Assembly: GCA_044070495.1 (NCBI GenBank)
Contig: JBIPSI010000003.1
Location: 1-64,000 of the forward strand
Direction of reading: 5' to 3'
DNA length: 64,000 bases
Origin: Spirulina sp.
GTDB taxonomy: Bacteria; Cyanobacteriota; Cyanobacteriia; Phormidesmidales; Phormidesmidaceae
Of this stretch, positions 22,101 through 33,418 are shown piece by piece. Every line of letters begins with the position of its first letter. The first letter of the stretch is position 1. The notes under the pieces were generated by a model, which was not told the DNA's origin, did no database searches, and saw only the letters and a list, made by a program, of their open reading frames with translations. A program made the position numbers and the translations under genes.

Positions 22101-23852
22101 CGTCGCCTTGCGATCCCGAATATCCTGGGAGACCCCCAAGCTAAACAACGGTGTGCCTTGGTCGTCACGCACTAGGCACACGGTCAGCGTCACCCAAAGG
22201 GGTTGCCCATCCCGGTGCACGTAGCGTTTTTCGATGGTCATGGAGGTGAGGGTACCCGCCAAAAGCTGGCGATATTGGGCCAGATCGAGGCCCAGATCCT
22301 CTGGATAGGTAATGTCCTGAAACGTTTTTTGGATGAGTTCTTCGCGGCCATAACCCAGCATTTCACACATGCCGGGGTTGACATCCACCAACCGCCCCGC
22401 CAAATCCGCCTGACAAATGCCCACACTGGCCTGCTCGAAGATCGCCCGGAAGCGGGCCTCGGCAGCGCTCACCGCCGCCTGGGTGCGATTGCGTTCGGTG
22501 ATGTCTTTGCCAATGGAGAGAAGGCAGGTTTGTCCCTGAAATTCCGTCAGTTCCGAAGACACCAAAAGCGTCTTTACCTGGCCATCGGGGGTGCGGGAAC
22601 TAATCTCAGCGTTCCGAATCCATCCAATTTTCAGCAGTTGACGTCGCAGTTGCACAAACTGCCGCCGGTCGTGGGATAGCCCCACCTCCTGGGGACGCTT
22701 CCCGATTAAATCTGCCTCGCTACTGCCGAGCCACTGGGCATAGCCTCGGTTTACCAACAGGTAACGCCCCTCCGGAAAGGTGGTGATGGCGATGGGGTCG
22801 GGGATGTGGTGGAAAAGACTGGCGAAGGCGGTTTCCGTTTCCTTTAGCCGCTTTTGGGTATAGCTTTGCTCAAAGCTGAGGGAAATGCTGATGGCCGCCG
22901 TACGCAGCAGTTTAATGGTTTTAGACTCCCATGGCCCTAGGTGAGGGTCGCGGGTCAACAACAAAAAACCAAAGTAGTGACTGCGGTAGCGCAGGGGCAG
23001 CAAAAGCACCGATTCCGCCTCCAGGGCGGCCAAAAACGCCTGTTCTTCCGCTGGAAAATCCGCCCGCTTGCCGTGGATCACGCTGCCCTTGGCTAGAATG
23101 TGGTGCCACCGTTGCAGGGTGTGATGGGGAATGTTTTGAAACCGCGCTTCCCCCAGCAGAGCGGGCAATCCGGGCTGTTCCCAGGCCGTCCGCAGACTCA
23201 CCCAAGACTCGGTGCTGTCTCGATGGTGAACCTTAAACAGCGCCACCCGACTGGCCCCGCAGGTCGTCCCCATCAGTTTGAGGCAGCGCTGATATACCCG
23301 CAGGCGGTTTTGCCGATGCACACTCAACAACTGGTAGTGAATGTGGGTGATCATGGTTAGCCCCACCTCTTCTAGGGGTGGCGCAGCCGATAGCCGAGGC
23401 GCGGACATGTCAGGTTCCGGCGGAGCGGTGGGCAGGGTGGCCTGGGCCAAACGGTGGCGATCTAAAAATCCCCAGGGCTGGCCTTGGGCATCCAGAACAG
23501 GCAATCCAGGGGCCGAGGTCTGGGCCATCAGGGCCAAAGCCACCGCCAGGGAATCCCCCCGCCGTAGGGTGGGCACCGCAGTCAGCAGGTGCGATGCCAC
23601 CGGAGTTGCCGTATCCACCCCAGCGGCCACGGCGGCAAGTACCGCCTGGTGGTGATACAGCCCGATTCGCGTCCCTGGATCGCTATCGACCACCAGCACG
23701 CAGCAGGCCGACTGTCCCGCCATGGCCTGGGCAGCCTCCATGATCGACGTTTGAGGGCTTACTAGGGGCGGACAGGGATCCGCCCATGGCTCAATGGATA
23801 GGGCTTCCAGAAGGTCCTGGGACACAGCATTGGAGAAGGGTAAAGCCAGCAT
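19110..23852 (-). CDS. CBS-GAF-multi-PAS-GAF diguanylate cyclase/phosphodiesterase
   Basis: GGDEF (RLGGDEF), EAL (FEALVRW) and DDFGTGYSS motifs; several PAS/PAC repeats. Confidence 0.93.
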   Translation of the reverse strand: MLALPFSNAVSQDLLEALSIEPWADPCPPLVSPQTSIMEAAQAMAGQSACCVLVVDSDPGTRIGLYHHQAVLAAVAAGVDTATPVASHLLTAVPTLRRGDSLAVALALMAQTSAPGLPVLDAQGQPWGFLDRHRLAQATLPTAPPEPDMSAPRLSAAPPLEEVGLTMITHIHYQLLSVHRQNRLRVYQRCLKLMGTTCGASRVALFKVHHRDSTESWVSLRTAWEQPGLPALLGEARFQNIPHHTLQRWHHILAKGSVIHGKRADFPAEEQAFLAALEAESVLLLPLRYRSHYFGFLLLTRDPHLGPWESKTIKLLRTAAISISLSFEQSYTQKRLKETETAFASLFHHIPDPIAITTFPEGRYLLVNRGYAQWLGSSEADLIGKRPQEVGLSHDRRQFVQLRRQLLKIGWIRNAEISSRTPDGQVKTLLVSSELTEFQGQTCLLSIGKDITERNRTQAAVSAAEARFRAIFEQASVGICQADLAGRLVDVNPGMCEMLGYGREELIQKTFQDITYPEDLGLDLAQYRQLLAGTLTSMTIEKRYVHRDGQPLWVTLTVCLVRDDQGTPLFSLGVSQDIRDRKATELALRRSEERFALAIQDSKVGVWDWHPATDALYVSPNLARLLGCTANLCTMESWLSHVHPEDVVALRQTLAQQQTQVGQFEHTYRMVNHSGNLSWILSRGQCISAGDDASLRLAGTHTDITDLKQAEATIQASHQHVTDILESITDAFFALNRHSQFTYLNQRAEQFLQRTAQGLLGQNLWYEFPELLGTQFSAQFFQAIRQRQSVAFEEYFAASKSWYEVHVYPTQEDGLAVYFQDITERRCAYQKIEHQIRREQALNRVIQAIRQSLDLDTIFATAAREVAHLLQVDHVNIQRYQASSLEWQVVAEYRGQPDQVSLLHQVSSVGETPVTHRLQQLEVVMLTATDANPPLVQALPGGWLLVPLAISDAQPWGCLGIHRPPQVEGIVWQPSEIELVTTVADQLAIAIQQAQTLEQARHELEERQRAEARLKEAQRIAHTGNWELRLPSRTLLWSEEMFRIYGLEPHGHPLTLADLLAALEDGDHHHWQYHLTMASLDGQPLSLEGTILRPDGIRRVVQLLGRPQRNGEGEIIGLVGTLTDITERKQIEDRLAYEALHDPLTGIPNRACFMEQLNAAAQRGQVSPNQAFAVLFIDLDRFKVINDSLGHLVGDQLLIECAHRLGSVVREGDLVARLGGDEFAILINNIATIEEPVRVAERIHEVLQEPMLLEGREIFISASVGVSSNLTGSVEAVDFLRDADTAMYQAKHNGRGQSALFDPQMYEEVATQLTLENDLQRALERDELVLEYQPVVALHNAQVVGFEALVRWHHPRWGVISPSTFIPLAEETGLILAIGEWTQKNACRQLQRWRQRLPQAANLMVSVNLSVKQFANPNLIASIDDSLTAANLDYSDLRLEITESALIENPETAESLLADLQERGLQICIDDFGTGYSSLSMVHRFPVQVLKIDRSFTNRLGDDQRGVAMVQSILALAQSLGMTAIAEGIETAAQWQQLQALGCPYGQGYYIAQPLAGDAVEAFLQQWSMDPPCGNDAKTT

Positions 23853-24023
23853 GGGCTGTGGGTGTCGTCATGACATTCATCATGACACTATGTAACAAAG
23901 GTTGGTCTTCGCCCACAGGGTACCCACGGAGAAAGGGCCATGCAACATTTCAGCGGCCCAAAAACGCCTAGTCATTAACAACGTAGGCTAGGGCACCGAT
24001 TGGATGACGGTGCCTCCCTAGGG

Positions 24024-25430
24024 CTAACCGCCCTTTGCCGAGGTTAGACTCGCCTCTGTTCGGTCTCCCACTAGGCTGGTGGCCAGGTCTTGGCGCAGGC
24101 GGGCCAGGGCGGGGGAGGTATCGGCCTCTTGCAGGATGGTGGCGAGGGTGGCGCTGATGCCCTCTGGCCCCCAGGTGCAGCCCCGTTCTAGGTAGGTTTT
24201 TGCCGCCTTGCCCACGGCATAGCTACCATAGCCCGCCGCACTGGCCTGGGCGGTGATGGCTCCGGCGAGGGCGGTGATGCCTGTGGCGCTATCCCCTAGG
24301 CTAAGCAGGGCCGCCGTGGTTTTGCCCGCCCCCAGCAGGCCGCTGCCCAGTTCGCTCAGCAGCAGCGCCCCAGAACTTTTGAGGATGGCTTTCCACAGCC
24401 GTCCAGCATCGTGGTTGGTGAGGGGAAAGCCATAGAGCCGCGCCAGGGTGCGAATCATCACCAAATCGCTGAGCGCCCCACCCACCACATCCAGCCCCAG
24501 GATCGGGTTGAGGGCCACGGCGACGGCCTTGTACTTGGCAAAGCGCCAGATGATCGCATCGGCCTGTTCCCCATGGATTTGAGCTACTTGGCTGACCAGA
24601 TCGGCCTCTAGGGTACGCGCCCGATGCAGGGTATTCAGGGCCACCAGGGTTTCCCCATCCTGCTGAATCAGGGCAACGAGCACCTCCCGCAGCGAATCAA
24701 TTTGGGATGCAGGGGCTTCCCAATCCTCACGGCTACGGCCATCGGGCCACTCGGTACGCACACGCACCGGGGCAGGGCTAGCCGCCACCATCACCACCTC
24801 ATCCACCGCCAGGGGAGGCGATTCTCCCACTTCGGCAGCCAGGGTGCGGCGGAGATGATTGAGGCTGTCGTAGATGCTCTGGCGATCCACATCGGGGTAC
24901 AGATCCATTTTGTTAAACACCAGCAGCAGGGGCTTGCGCTGGCGATACAGTTCCCCCAGGGCTTGGTATTCCCTGGCCGTCACTTCTCCCGCCACCACAA
25001 ACACAATTAAATCCGCCTGCTGGGCCACCGTCTGGGCCATGGCCGCCCGTTCATCGCCCCCCTCCTCGTCCAGGCCGGGGGTGTCAATCAGTTCTACCTG
25101 CCATGGGTCATCGTCGGAGACGGGGAGACCCTCCGGCTGCCAATACACCGACCGAGGCCAGCGGGTTACCCCATGGAGCGGCCCCGTTTCTAGCACCGCC
25201 TTGCCCACCAAGGCATTGATCACCGCCGACTTACCCCGGCTCACCAACCCAAACACCGCCACCGTCAGCCGCCGCCCCGTCACCTGGGTTTGCAGGGTTT
25301 GTAATTGCTCTAGCCCGGTTTTCATCGCCGTTGCCGCTGCACCCTCCGCCGCCAGGGGCAGGGCCGTAGAATAACGCGCCGCCGCTTGACGGAGCAGTTC
25401 ACGGGTTTGGTGAATCAGGCTAGGAGGCAC
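24024..25430 (-). CDS. GTPase with DUF697 (YcjF-like) domain
   Basis: GLVSRGKS, DTPG and NKMD G-motifs. Confidence 0.85.
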   Translation of the reverse strand: MPPSLIHQTRELLRQAAARYSTALPLAAEGAAATAMKTGLEQLQTLQTQVTGRRLTVAVFGLVSRGKSAVINALVGKAVLETGPLHGVTRWPRSVYWQPEGLPVSDDDPWQVELIDTPGLDEEGGDERAAMAQTVAQQADLIVFVVAGEVTAREYQALGELYRQRKPLLLVFNKMDLYPDVDRQSIYDSLNHLRRTLAAEVGESPPLAVDEVVMVAASPAPVRVRTEWPDGRSREDWEAPASQIDSLREVLVALIQQDGETLVALNTLHRARTLEADLVSQVAQIHGEQADAIIWRFAKYKAVAVALNPILGLDVVGGALSDLVMIRTLARLYGFPLTNHDAGRLWKAILKSSGALLLSELGSGLLGAGKTTAALLSLGDSATGITALAGAITAQASAAGYGSYAVGKAAKTYLERGCTWGPEGISATLATILQEADTSPALARLRQDLATSLVGDRTEASLTSAKGG

Positions 25431-25498
25431 GGGGTAATGGGGGATTAGGGATTAGGAATCAGGGATTGGGAATCAGGGATTGGGAATCGAGAACTAGG
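25431..25498. repeat. Short tandem heptamer repeats (gggatt/gggaatc)
   Basis: gggattagggattaggaatcagggattgggaatcagggattgggaatc. Confidence 0.75.
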
Positions 25499-25531
25499 CA
25501 GCGTCACACCGCCATGGGCCTGTCTAAGGGA

Positions 25532-27175
25532 TTAAGGGTGGGGCGGGGTTTCTGGGACGGTGATGGCTTCTGGGATCGTGAGGGTGATCGGCACCTGGGT
25601 TTCGGCGGTGAGTAGGGCCGGACTGGAGGCTGAACTTTGGGCTGAACTTTGGGCGGGTTTGAGAATGCCGATGCCCTGTTTTACCAGGTTTTGCAGCAGG
25701 GTGACCTGACGATTTTGCTGGATCATTGTGGAAAGCCGCTGGGCAATGGCCTCCCAGGAGAGGGCTTGGGTGGGGGTGCCCGCCAGGGCGGCTTGCTCGA
25801 AGTAGTCGATTAAGCTAAGTCCGGCCATGCGGGTGAGGTAGGCGGCACTGAGGCCCTGCACCGTGCCCCCGGCCAGGTAGGTGGCAAAGTGGCCTTTTAG
25901 CACCGCCGTGAGCACCTGGGTCGAGACTTCCACCAGGCCCAGCTTCACCGTCAGTTCCGCCAGGGTGGTCGCCGCCGCCTTGGCATCTTCTAAGGTGAGG
26001 GTGAAGCCGTAGATTTTGCCCAAATCCATAATCAACTGGCCGTTGATGGCCACGGTCGCCAGCACGTCTAGGGTGGGCACAGGATTCGCAAAGGCCGCCG
26101 CCGCCGCCACCCACTGCAATTGATCGATCAACGGCATGGCCCGCTGCCGTCGCACTTGGTTCAGGTCTTGTTGAATCCGTAGGCGCAGGGCTTCGGCTTG
26201 GCGCAGGGTGGTTGCGGCCACCAGGGTTGGCCCTTGTTGGATGACCTCAGCGAGAGCAGATGCCAGATCCGAAAGGTGGGGGGGCACCGTTTCCTGAGAT
26301 TCTTCCACACCGCCATCGGCCTGGTGACGCCGCACGGTGATGGGCCGAGGATCCGCCGCTACCGCCGCCACCACCACCGCACCAGGTAGGCTTTCCCCCT
26401 GTCGCTGAAGCTGCGTGAACACCGTATGCCGATCAGCGGGGGTGTAGTGGTCGGTTTTGTTGAAGGCCACAATTACCCCCTGGCCTGCGATGACATGCTG
26501 CCGAAGCTGGGCTAGGGCCGAGGCCGTCAGGTCGCCCTCGGTGACCCACAACACCAGATCCGCCTGGTCTAGGGACGCCTCTGTCTCCGATGGAGCCTCC
26601 GCTGTTGTGTCTAAAAGCGTTTTTGAAGAGGTCAGGTCAACGTTCGAGGGCAGTCCTTCCGTCCAGATGACCGATTCGTCTTCAAGGCCCGCCTCAGACT
26701 GAAGATCCGGTGTGGTGAGGGTCTTCAGATGTCGCATCAACGTACTTTTGCCGCTGCGGCGTTCTCCCACTACCAGCCCCCGCAGGCGGGTACGGTCTAG
26801 GGCTGTGGCCAAAGCCTGACGCTGGGCTTCGTAGGCATCTATCCTTGTTTGGGGATGGTTCACCAATGCAGGCACAGCGGCGGGGAGCAGGGCCACTTCC
26901 GCCTCCAGGGTTTGAATTAAATCGCGAACCTCCGCCAGTTGGGCCTCCACCCTCGCCCGATCCACCACCGGAGCCGCTACGGGCCGAGGCACCGAGGGCA
27001 CCAGGGGCCGTCGCCATCGCCACCACCACACTCCCGACCCCAACGCCAGGGCACTCAGCAGGGTTGAACCATCAAATAGACTGAAATGGGTCGCCTCTAA
27101 TAGCCCCAAGGACACCGATAGCCCGATACCACCCACCAATAGGGGACGCTTCCAAAGGGGTTGCTTGATTGCCAT
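25532..27175 (-). CDS. DUF697/YcjF-family protein with degenerate GTPase domain
   Basis: GERRSGKS and NKTD motifs, ANPVPTLD; paralogous to the neighbouring gene. Confidence 0.8.
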   Translation of the reverse strand: MAIKQPLWKRPLLVGGIGLSVSLGLLEATHFSLFDGSTLLSALALGSGVWWWRWRRPLVPSVPRPVAAPVVDRARVEAQLAEVRDLIQTLEAEVALLPAAVPALVNHPQTRIDAYEAQRQALATALDRTRLRGLVVGERRSGKSTLMRHLKTLTTPDLQSEAGLEDESVIWTEGLPSNVDLTSSKTLLDTTAEAPSETEASLDQADLVLWVTEGDLTASALAQLRQHVIAGQGVIVAFNKTDHYTPADRHTVFTQLQRQGESLPGAVVVAAVAADPRPITVRRHQADGGVEESQETVPPHLSDLASALAEVIQQGPTLVAATTLRQAEALRLRIQQDLNQVRRQRAMPLIDQLQWVAAAAAFANPVPTLDVLATVAINGQLIMDLGKIYGFTLTLEDAKAAATTLAELTVKLGLVEVSTQVLTAVLKGHFATYLAGGTVQGLSAAYLTRMAGLSLIDYFEQAALAGTPTQALSWEAIAQRLSTMIQQNRQVTLLQNLVKQGIGILKPAQSSAQSSASSPALLTAETQVPITLTIPEAITVPETPPHP

Positions 27176-27400
27176 GGCCTTGCCTACCTCACCCTGCGGA
27201 GCCAAATGGCCCACGCCCTATCAATGCCCTCTATTGTGACAGACCACCCACCCCACCTCCAGTAGGGACTTCCCCTTCGGTTTGGGTGGGCAAGGAGACC
27301 TCTCCCCTACTGTTAGACGGGGTGCGACCGCCGCCGATCCGTGGGTTTGCGAAACATGTAGGGTGAACCTTTAGGATGGCCAGCAAAGCCTGGATTCGGC

Positions 27401-29536
27401 CTACTCAAGTTGGATGTAGCGGCTAGAGCTATACCCCAAGGTGCCGTCCGCCGTTCTGACGGGCCACCAGGTTTCATTCTGCGGGATGGTTTCAAACACC
27501 TCTCCTACAGCTAACCTATCTCGCTCGGCGGATTGGGTTGTCTTGCCACTTCTCACCACTAAAAAGCCATCACCAAAGGACGTGTGGGTGGCTCGTCGCA
27601 CCCCCTGGGGAGGATTCGGGTTGTTCGGGTCTAAGGGATGGAAGTCGGTTGCCTCGGTGGTAGATCGGCTGCCTGGGTTGAGAGTGATCCGAGTGCTGTA
27701 AACGTAGCCCCGCAGGCCGTTCGACTTCCGCACCGGCCACCAGCCTTCTTGAGCCTGGGGAAGGACTTGAAAAACCTCGCCAGGAGCAAGAGTCCCGATA
27801 GCATTAGCCTGCCCGTCGCGTCCGGCCCGGATCGTTAGACCGCCGAGTTCTCGGTCAATCACAGCGGGAACTTCGTTTGGCCCTGGGGTTGGCCCCATCT
27901 CAGGGATATTAGAATTGTTCGAGGTTGAGGACTGGAGGTTGGTTGCCTGGGCGGTAGATCCGCTGCCTGGGTTGAGATTAATCCGACTGCTGTGGATATA
28001 GCCCAAGGTGCCGTCCGAATCCCGTATCGGCCACCAGCCGTCTTGAGCCTGAGGAATGGTCCAAAAAATTTCCCCGGCATTGAGAGATCCGATAGTGTCA
28101 GTATCCGTACCTTGCCCAGCCCGAATCCGTAGAGCACTTTCCCGTTGGATCACAGCGGGGACTTCGTTTGGGCCTGGGGTTGGCCCCATAGGGTGGGTGG
28201 CTGACACAGAACTCGGTGGAGTTGTCGCAGGGGGGGTGGATGTCCCAGCATCAGCAAGGGTTTCGGTGTCGGCAGGTGTCTCAGTATCGGCGGTGGGGGG
28301 CTGTTCCTGATCTGCCGATGGCCTGAGCGATGAGTTCACAACTAATAGCGTTGTCGCCACACCCAGGGCCGCGACCAAAGCCCCTAGGGCCAGGTTCTTA
28401 ACCGGGGTGGTTTTGCGCTGGGGCGTTGGGATGTAGGTAACGGGGGTGGGATGGGTGGTGCGCTGGGCTGGAGAACGATGGGTTTTCTCGTAGCTGAGGA
28501 TGATGGGTAGCGTAATTTCCTCTACCTCGGCATCCTTTAGCCCAAGCTGATGTTGCAGATCCTTCAGTTCTTGGTTGATTTGAGTATTAAAGGGATAGTA
28601 ACCTTTGTGAATAGTCTCCAAGAAAACCGTGCGATAGCTTGTCCTAGCGGCCTCAAAAGCCTGTTGTTCTTCCTTCACTACTTGACTTGCCATCAGGTCT
28701 GAAATGCCCAGAACCTTAGCCAAGGTTGCCAATTGAAATTCTTCAATAGGGTTAAGTTGTTGATCCGCTAGAAATTCCTTCACCCGACTGCGATACTGCT
28801 GAATCGCCTCTGCGGTATTCATCGTTTCAGCGGCCCTGAGTTTCTCCGCTAGAGAATCGGAGGTCGCCACCGACTTCAAATCGGTTTTAATCAGCTTCTC
28901 TTTTTTCAGTAGAGTGGGATTGAGATCGTCAGCAATATTGACCAAAACCGATATTTTTTCGTCGGCCTGGGCAATCTCAATATCGCGTCCCCCCTGATCC
29001 TCTGATCCACGGGACGGGAAATTAGCCATCTCAAACTGAATTGCGTTGCACCCCAGTTTAAAGGCATCTTCAATATCTAGCCCATAACCTAGACCGTCAT
29101 AAAATCCGGTTGCAAAGGCGATGGCAGCGCTGTCTCTCACCGCCCGTTTCATACCAATGACATAGTCAATGTGCTGAACAATCGCCTTTGCCTGCACCTC
29201 AGCAAAGCAGGCATTTAGAAGTACACACTTAACATCATTAAAAATTTCAAATAGGCCAGAAAGAGCGTCTGCCGTAGCTGGCTTTGGATGATCATCTCGG
29301 CCAAATAAGACTAGGCCAGCCTCGCCAGCCCCATGGCCAGAAAAGTGAACAATATCGGGCTGTTCTTTGAGCATAGCCCGACGTAAACTCTCGGCATCAA
29401 CGGCCCATTTTGTCACTAGCGTAAACTGTTCTCTAAGTTTAGAACGCTCTAGGCCGTCTTCAATTTTCTTGGCTTCTTGATCAAGCTGGAGCTGATTCGT
29501 TCCCTGGGGATTGGCGGCTAAAAATAGGATCTTCAT
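27401..29536 (-). CDS. CHAT (caspase-like) protease domain, TM helix and three SH3b-like repeats
   Basis: KILFLAANP, VHFSGHG and LLNAC catalytic motifs; hydrophobic segment; repeated L.IRAG...WWP.R...G.GY units. Confidence 0.8.
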   Translation of the reverse strand: MKILFLAANPQGTNQLQLDQEAKKIEDGLERSKLREQFTLVTKWAVDAESLRRAMLKEQPDIVHFSGHGAGEAGLVLFGRDDHPKPATADALSGLFEIFNDVKCVLLNACFAEVQAKAIVQHIDYVIGMKRAVRDSAAIAFATGFYDGLGYGLDIEDAFKLGCNAIQFEMANFPSRGSEDQGGRDIEIAQADEKISVLVNIADDLNPTLLKKEKLIKTDLKSVATSDSLAEKLRAAETMNTAEAIQQYRSRVKEFLADQQLNPIEEFQLATLAKVLGISDLMASQVVKEEQQAFEAARTSYRTVFLETIHKGYYPFNTQINQELKDLQHQLGLKDAEVEEITLPIILSYEKTHRSPAQRTTHPTPVTYIPTPQRKTTPVKNLALGALVAALGVATTLLVVNSSLRPSADQEQPPTADTETPADTETLADAGTSTPPATTPPSSVSATHPMGPTPGPNEVPAVIQRESALRIRAGQGTDTDTIGSLNAGEIFWTIPQAQDGWWPIRDSDGTLGYIHSSRINLNPGSGSTAQATNLQSSTSNNSNIPEMGPTPGPNEVPAVIDRELGGLTIRAGRDGQANAIGTLAPGEVFQVLPQAQEGWWPVRKSNGLRGYVYSTRITLNPGSRSTTEATDFHPLDPNNPNPPQGVRRATHTSFGDGFLVVRSGKTTQSAERDRLAVGEVFETIPQNETWWPVRTADGTLGYSSSRYIQLE

Positions 29537-29883
29537 AGATCATGATTCCTACCAAGTAGAGCACCGACAAGGCCAGAAAAATCGGCCTCTCTCCTAGTCT
29601 AACGGCTGCTTTGGGAGGAGCCTGAAAGTGAAACTTTGCTTAACCTCTTCAGTTAAGAAAACCATAGAAAACTTAACTAGCGCCCTCATTATTTAGGAAA
29701 TTTCAGTCTCAACAACCTAGTGGACGGACACAATTTGCCAGCCCCCAGATCCGTCAAAGGGTCAGGAGATCTGACCCCTACACTATCTAAATGCTGTGGG
29801 GTACGGTGGCCGCGCCCGGTGAAGAATGGGGCATGGCTTGGGCGCAATTGGCGCTACCCTTGTCGGTGATGGCTTTGCGCTGA

Positions 29884-31515
29884 GTGTCTATCGTGACGCC
29901 TATTCCTTTTCCCGTTTGGCCCCTGCAAATTCCGTCTGCCTCTACCCTAGCTGCCCCCAACGGGGAGTTTGCGGGGTTGGTGAGTACGCTGATTGTGCTG
30001 CTGCTGGTGGCCACGCTGATGACCCTCGTCACCCGCTGGCTGCGGATTCCCTACGTGATTGGTCTGGTATTGGCGGGGCTGGCCATCCCCAAGGAGTTGC
30101 TCTCTCCGGCGGTGGGGCTGAACCCGGAGGTGATTCTCAACCTCTTCCTGCCGATTCTGATTTTTGAGGCGGCGATCAACACCGACATCAGCCGTTTGCG
30201 GAGCACCATCAAGCCGATTTTGCTGCTGGCGGGGCCGGGGGTGGTGATCTCGGCGGCCATTACCACGGTGCTGCTGCGGGGTGGCCTGGGGCTGGTGTGG
30301 ATTACGGCCAGTGCGGCGGCGGTGATCCTCACCATTACCGATACGGTGTCGGTGATTGCGGCCTTTCGGACGGTGCCTGTGCCGGGGCGATTGGCCACCA
30401 TCGTGGAGGGCGAAAGCCTGTTTAACGACGGGGTGGCGCTGGTGCTGGTGGGCATCATCACCACCATCCACGACCAGGGCAGTTTCACCGCCAGCCAGGG
30501 GGTGCAGCAATTTTTCATTGCCTTTGTGGGGGGGGGGCTGCTGGGGCTGGGGCTGGGCTACCTCTGTGTGGGGCTGTTTCGCCAGTTGGATGATGCCCTT
30601 AGCAACACCCTGCTGACCATGGCGGTGTCCTTGGGCACCTTCCAAATTGGGCAGGTGTTGGGGGTCTCTAGCGCCATCGCCGTGGTGATTGCGGGCCTGG
30701 TGATCGGCAACCTTGCTTTTCGCAACACCTCCGGCACCATCAAAGTGACGCTTTTGAACTTTTGGGAATACGCCGGATTTGGGGTCAACACCTTTATCTT
30801 TTTGCTGGTCGGTATTGAGGTGGATCCGCGCATTTTGCTGGCCACCATTCCAGCCGCCCTATTTGCCATTGTGGCCTACCAAATGGGCCGTATTCTTTCA
30901 ATTTATCCCCTCCTGTGGCTGCTGCGCTTCGTGGATCGCCCCCTGCCCCTGCGCTGGCAGCATGTGTTAATTGTGGGCAACGTCAAAGGGTCGCTATCCA
31001 TGGCCATGGCCCTCAGTTTGCCCCTCACCCTGCCCGGTCGTAGTCAGGTGATTACCCTCGTGTTTAGTACCGTGCTGGTGTCGCTAATTGGCCAAGGGTT
31101 GACCCTGCCCTGGCTGGTGAAGCAACTTAAACTCACCCAAATTTCGCCCCTGCGCCAGCGTGTCGAAACCCTTCAGCTCAACCTGATTACCGCCAAAGCC
31201 GCCCAGGAAGAACTGCGGGAACTGGTGCAGTTTGGCAGCCTGCCCAAGTTTCTCTACGAAGAACTCTATGCCGCCTACCAGGCCCGCATCGCCACCGCCG
31301 AAACCGATTTGCGTAATATCTATAACCAGCACATGGCCCAGAAATCGGGCCAACCCACCGACCCAGCCTACCTGGATGGCATCTATCGCCGCCTGTTTTT
31401 AGCCGAAAAAGGTGCCCTCAACGACGCTATTTTGAAGGGCCTACTCCCCGACGATATCTCCAAACCCTACCTGGCCGAACTCGACGAAAAACTGATTTCT
31501 TTAAAGGATGATTAG
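29884..31515 (+). CDS. CPA1-family Na+(K+)/H+ antiporter
   Basis: TDTVSV and EGESLFNDG motifs, many TM helices; start uncertain. Confidence 0.9.
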   Translation: MSIVTPIPFPVWPLQIPSASTLAAPNGEFAGLVSTLIVLLLVATLMTLVTRWLRIPYVIGLVLAGLAIPKELLSPAVGLNPEVILNLFLPILIFEAAINTDISRLRSTIKPILLLAGPGVVISAAITTVLLRGGLGLVWITASAAAVILTITDTVSVIAAFRTVPVPGRLATIVEGESLFNDGVALVLVGIITTIHDQGSFTASQGVQQFFIAFVGGGLLGLGLGYLCVGLFRQLDDALSNTLLTMAVSLGTFQIGQVLGVSSAIAVVIAGLVIGNLAFRNTSGTIKVTLLNFWEYAGFGVNTFIFLLVGIEVDPRILLATIPAALFAIVAYQMGRILSIYPLLWLLRFVDRPLPLRWQHVLIVGNVKGSLSMAMALSLPLTLPGRSQVITLVFSTVLVSLIGQGLTLPWLVKQLKLTQISPLRQRVETLQLNLITAKAAQEELRELVQFGSLPKFLYEELYAAYQARIATAETDLRNIYNQHMAQKSGQPTDPAYLDGIYRRLFLAEKGALNDAILKGLLPDDISKPYLAELDEKLISLKDD

Positions 31516-31581
31516 GGAGCCTGCTTCGAGGCTTCCAAGGCAGGAGAAGATTGTCCTGCCATCATTTTTATGAATTTTTCT

Positions 31582-32388
31582 CTACGATGAGGTGTGTTTT
31601 TGTAATAGCTCCTTCACCCAATCTTGCTCTTCTGGTAATAAATCAGGAGGTGGCACAGGCTTTTGGTAATCTATTCGCAGGGCGTATCCACTGCGGTCAT
31701 AAATACCCTTTATTAGCGGATGTAAATCAACGATCACATGCTCTCCAGCGGCTTTCAGCGGTAGTGGAAATGGGGGAATGGATTGCTGGAGGGTAAATTC
31801 GTATAAATCGGCGCGGGGGCGATCTTCCGACCGACTGACCAGAATTCGATAGCGGGACAATGCTGGGGATTCTGCTTCCATTAGATGCATCGCCATGGGG
31901 ACATAGGCCCGCAACAAATCTAATTCCACTAGGTGAGAAGCACTTCCTAAAATCGCTTGTCGCTTCATGTTATAAAGTCTTCGTCCTTCGCCCTGGCGCT
32001 TATTGGTGGGTGACAGCACCTCAACGACCGTAACCACCGCATCACTGCTAGTTTCTCGAATTTCTAGGTAGCGTTCCTTGACTTCCAGCGGCATCGGCAG
32101 AATCACCGCCTGGGGGCATACCGTGGTGGCTATTCCAGCCCCAGATGGTTCAGGCAAATTTTGGGGAGATAGCCTTGGCGTAGACAGCACGGTCACATCT
32201 GGAATGCCGATCAGCAACTCCTCGTCGTCGCTACCCATGTAGGTGCGGGTTTCTACCGCCACATAGTAGGTCGGCAGCAGGCTAGGGGCCAAGGCATCCG
32301 CAAGGGCCACAATCAAGCGGCTGTGAAATTCTGACCAAAAGGTGGCCTGTTCTAGGTAAGGATCCATGCCTGGGAAAGGGGATGCCAT
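31582..32388 (-). CDS. DUF4058 family protein
   Basis: N-terminal SPFPGMDPYLE and EVLSPTNK motifs. Confidence 0.85.
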   Translation of the reverse strand: MASPFPGMDPYLEQATFWSEFHSRLIVALADALAPSLLPTYYVAVETRTYMGSDDEELLIGIPDVTVLSTPRLSPQNLPEPSGAGIATTVCPQAVILPMPLEVKERYLEIRETSSDAVVTVVEVLSPTNKRQGEGRRLYNMKRQAILGSASHLVELDLLRAYVPMAMHLMEAESPALSRYRILVSRSEDRPRADLYEFTLQQSIPPFPLPLKAAGEHVIVDLHPLIKGIYDRSGYALRIDYQKPVPPPDLLPEEQDWVKELLQKHTSS

Positions 32389-32472
32389 GGCTGACTCTGC
32401 TATGGGCGCTTCTCCCATGTTAACGGACTCCTCTAATGCCAAATCCGAACCAGAAAACCCCGATTCCTAACC

Positions 32473-32630
32473 TCAGTAGATCACAAACTTGCTCGATTGC
32501 GCGGATCTGGCCCTCACCCTAAATCCCTCTCCCAACGTGGGAGAGGGACTTTGAGGGGCGTTCTAGCTCCCCTCGCCCTCCTGGGAGAGGGGCTGGGGGT
32601 GAGGGTGAGGGGGACTTTGTGATCTACTGA
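32473..32630. mobile_element. MITE-like element with 15-bp terminal inverted repeats
   Basis: tcagtagatcacaaa ... tttgtgatctactga enclosing the ccctcacc...gggtgaggg palindromic repeat. Confidence 0.75.
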
Positions 32631-32685
32631 ACCTGGAAAACTCTAGGGGTGAGGTCTCCTCATCCTAGCCGCAGCGCATCGACAT

Positions 32686-33390
32686 CTACGGTTGCAAGGC
32701 CGCATCCCCAGGGGGCGAACAGAGGCCCATGAAGTCGATCAATTGCCGCACTAGTTCGGGTTTGGTGACGGCCAGGATGGTGGAGCCACTTTCGATGATG
32801 GAACTGCCGTTGGGGATGCTGAGGTCTTCGTGGGGGTGGGCCTGGTAGCCGATGATGAGTGTGCCCGCCGGAAAACGAGGATCCTGGGCAATGGCGGCGA
32901 GGCTGCGGCCCACAATGGAGCAGGCGTTGGGGATAGAGAGCTTTAGTACCTCAATTTGGCCCTGCTCGAAGTGCATCATGGCATCCACCTGGGGGTATTC
33001 GATGGCGTTGATCATGCGGTTGATCGCCAGCTCCACGGTGCTGATGATGTGGGTGGCTCCGGCGAGGCGGTAGGGTTCGGCAAAGTCGCGGTCACTCATC
33101 CGCACAATAATTTGCGGCACCCCGTAGTGTTTGCACAGGGTTACCAAGGCCAAATTCAGGGCATCTTCCTGAAGGGTGGCAATCACCACGCCCGCCTTGC
33201 GAATTCCGGCCTCGATTAGCACCGTGGTATTCACAGCGCTGCCTTCAAAGGCCATGACGCCAATCTTTTCGCGGGCATATTGGCACACCAAGGGATTGCT
33301 ATCCACCACAGCGATGGTGTGCCCCATGGTCAACAGCGTTTTGGCTAACTCGGTGCCCATCCGCCCCATGCCGCCAATCAGTATGTACAT
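32686..33390 (-). CDS. TrkA-family NAD-binding (RCK) potassium-transport regulator
   Basis: ILIGGMGRMG Rossmann motif, TrkA_N plus TrkA_C; true start MYILIGG. Confidence 0.88.
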   Translation of the reverse strand: MYILIGGMGRMGTELAKTLLTMGHTIAVVDSNPLVCQYAREKIGVMAFEGSAVNTTVLIEAGIRKAGVVIATLQEDALNLALVTLCKHYGVPQIIVRMSDRDFAEPYRLAGATHIISTVELAINRMINAIEYPQVDAMMHFEQGQIEVLKLSIPNACSIVGRSLAAIAQDPRFPAGTLIIGYQAHPHEDLSIPNGSSIIESGSTILAVTKPELVRQLIDFMGLCSPPGDAALQP

Positions 33391-33418
33391 TGTTTCCTCT
33401 TGCAACCATGCCCATCCT

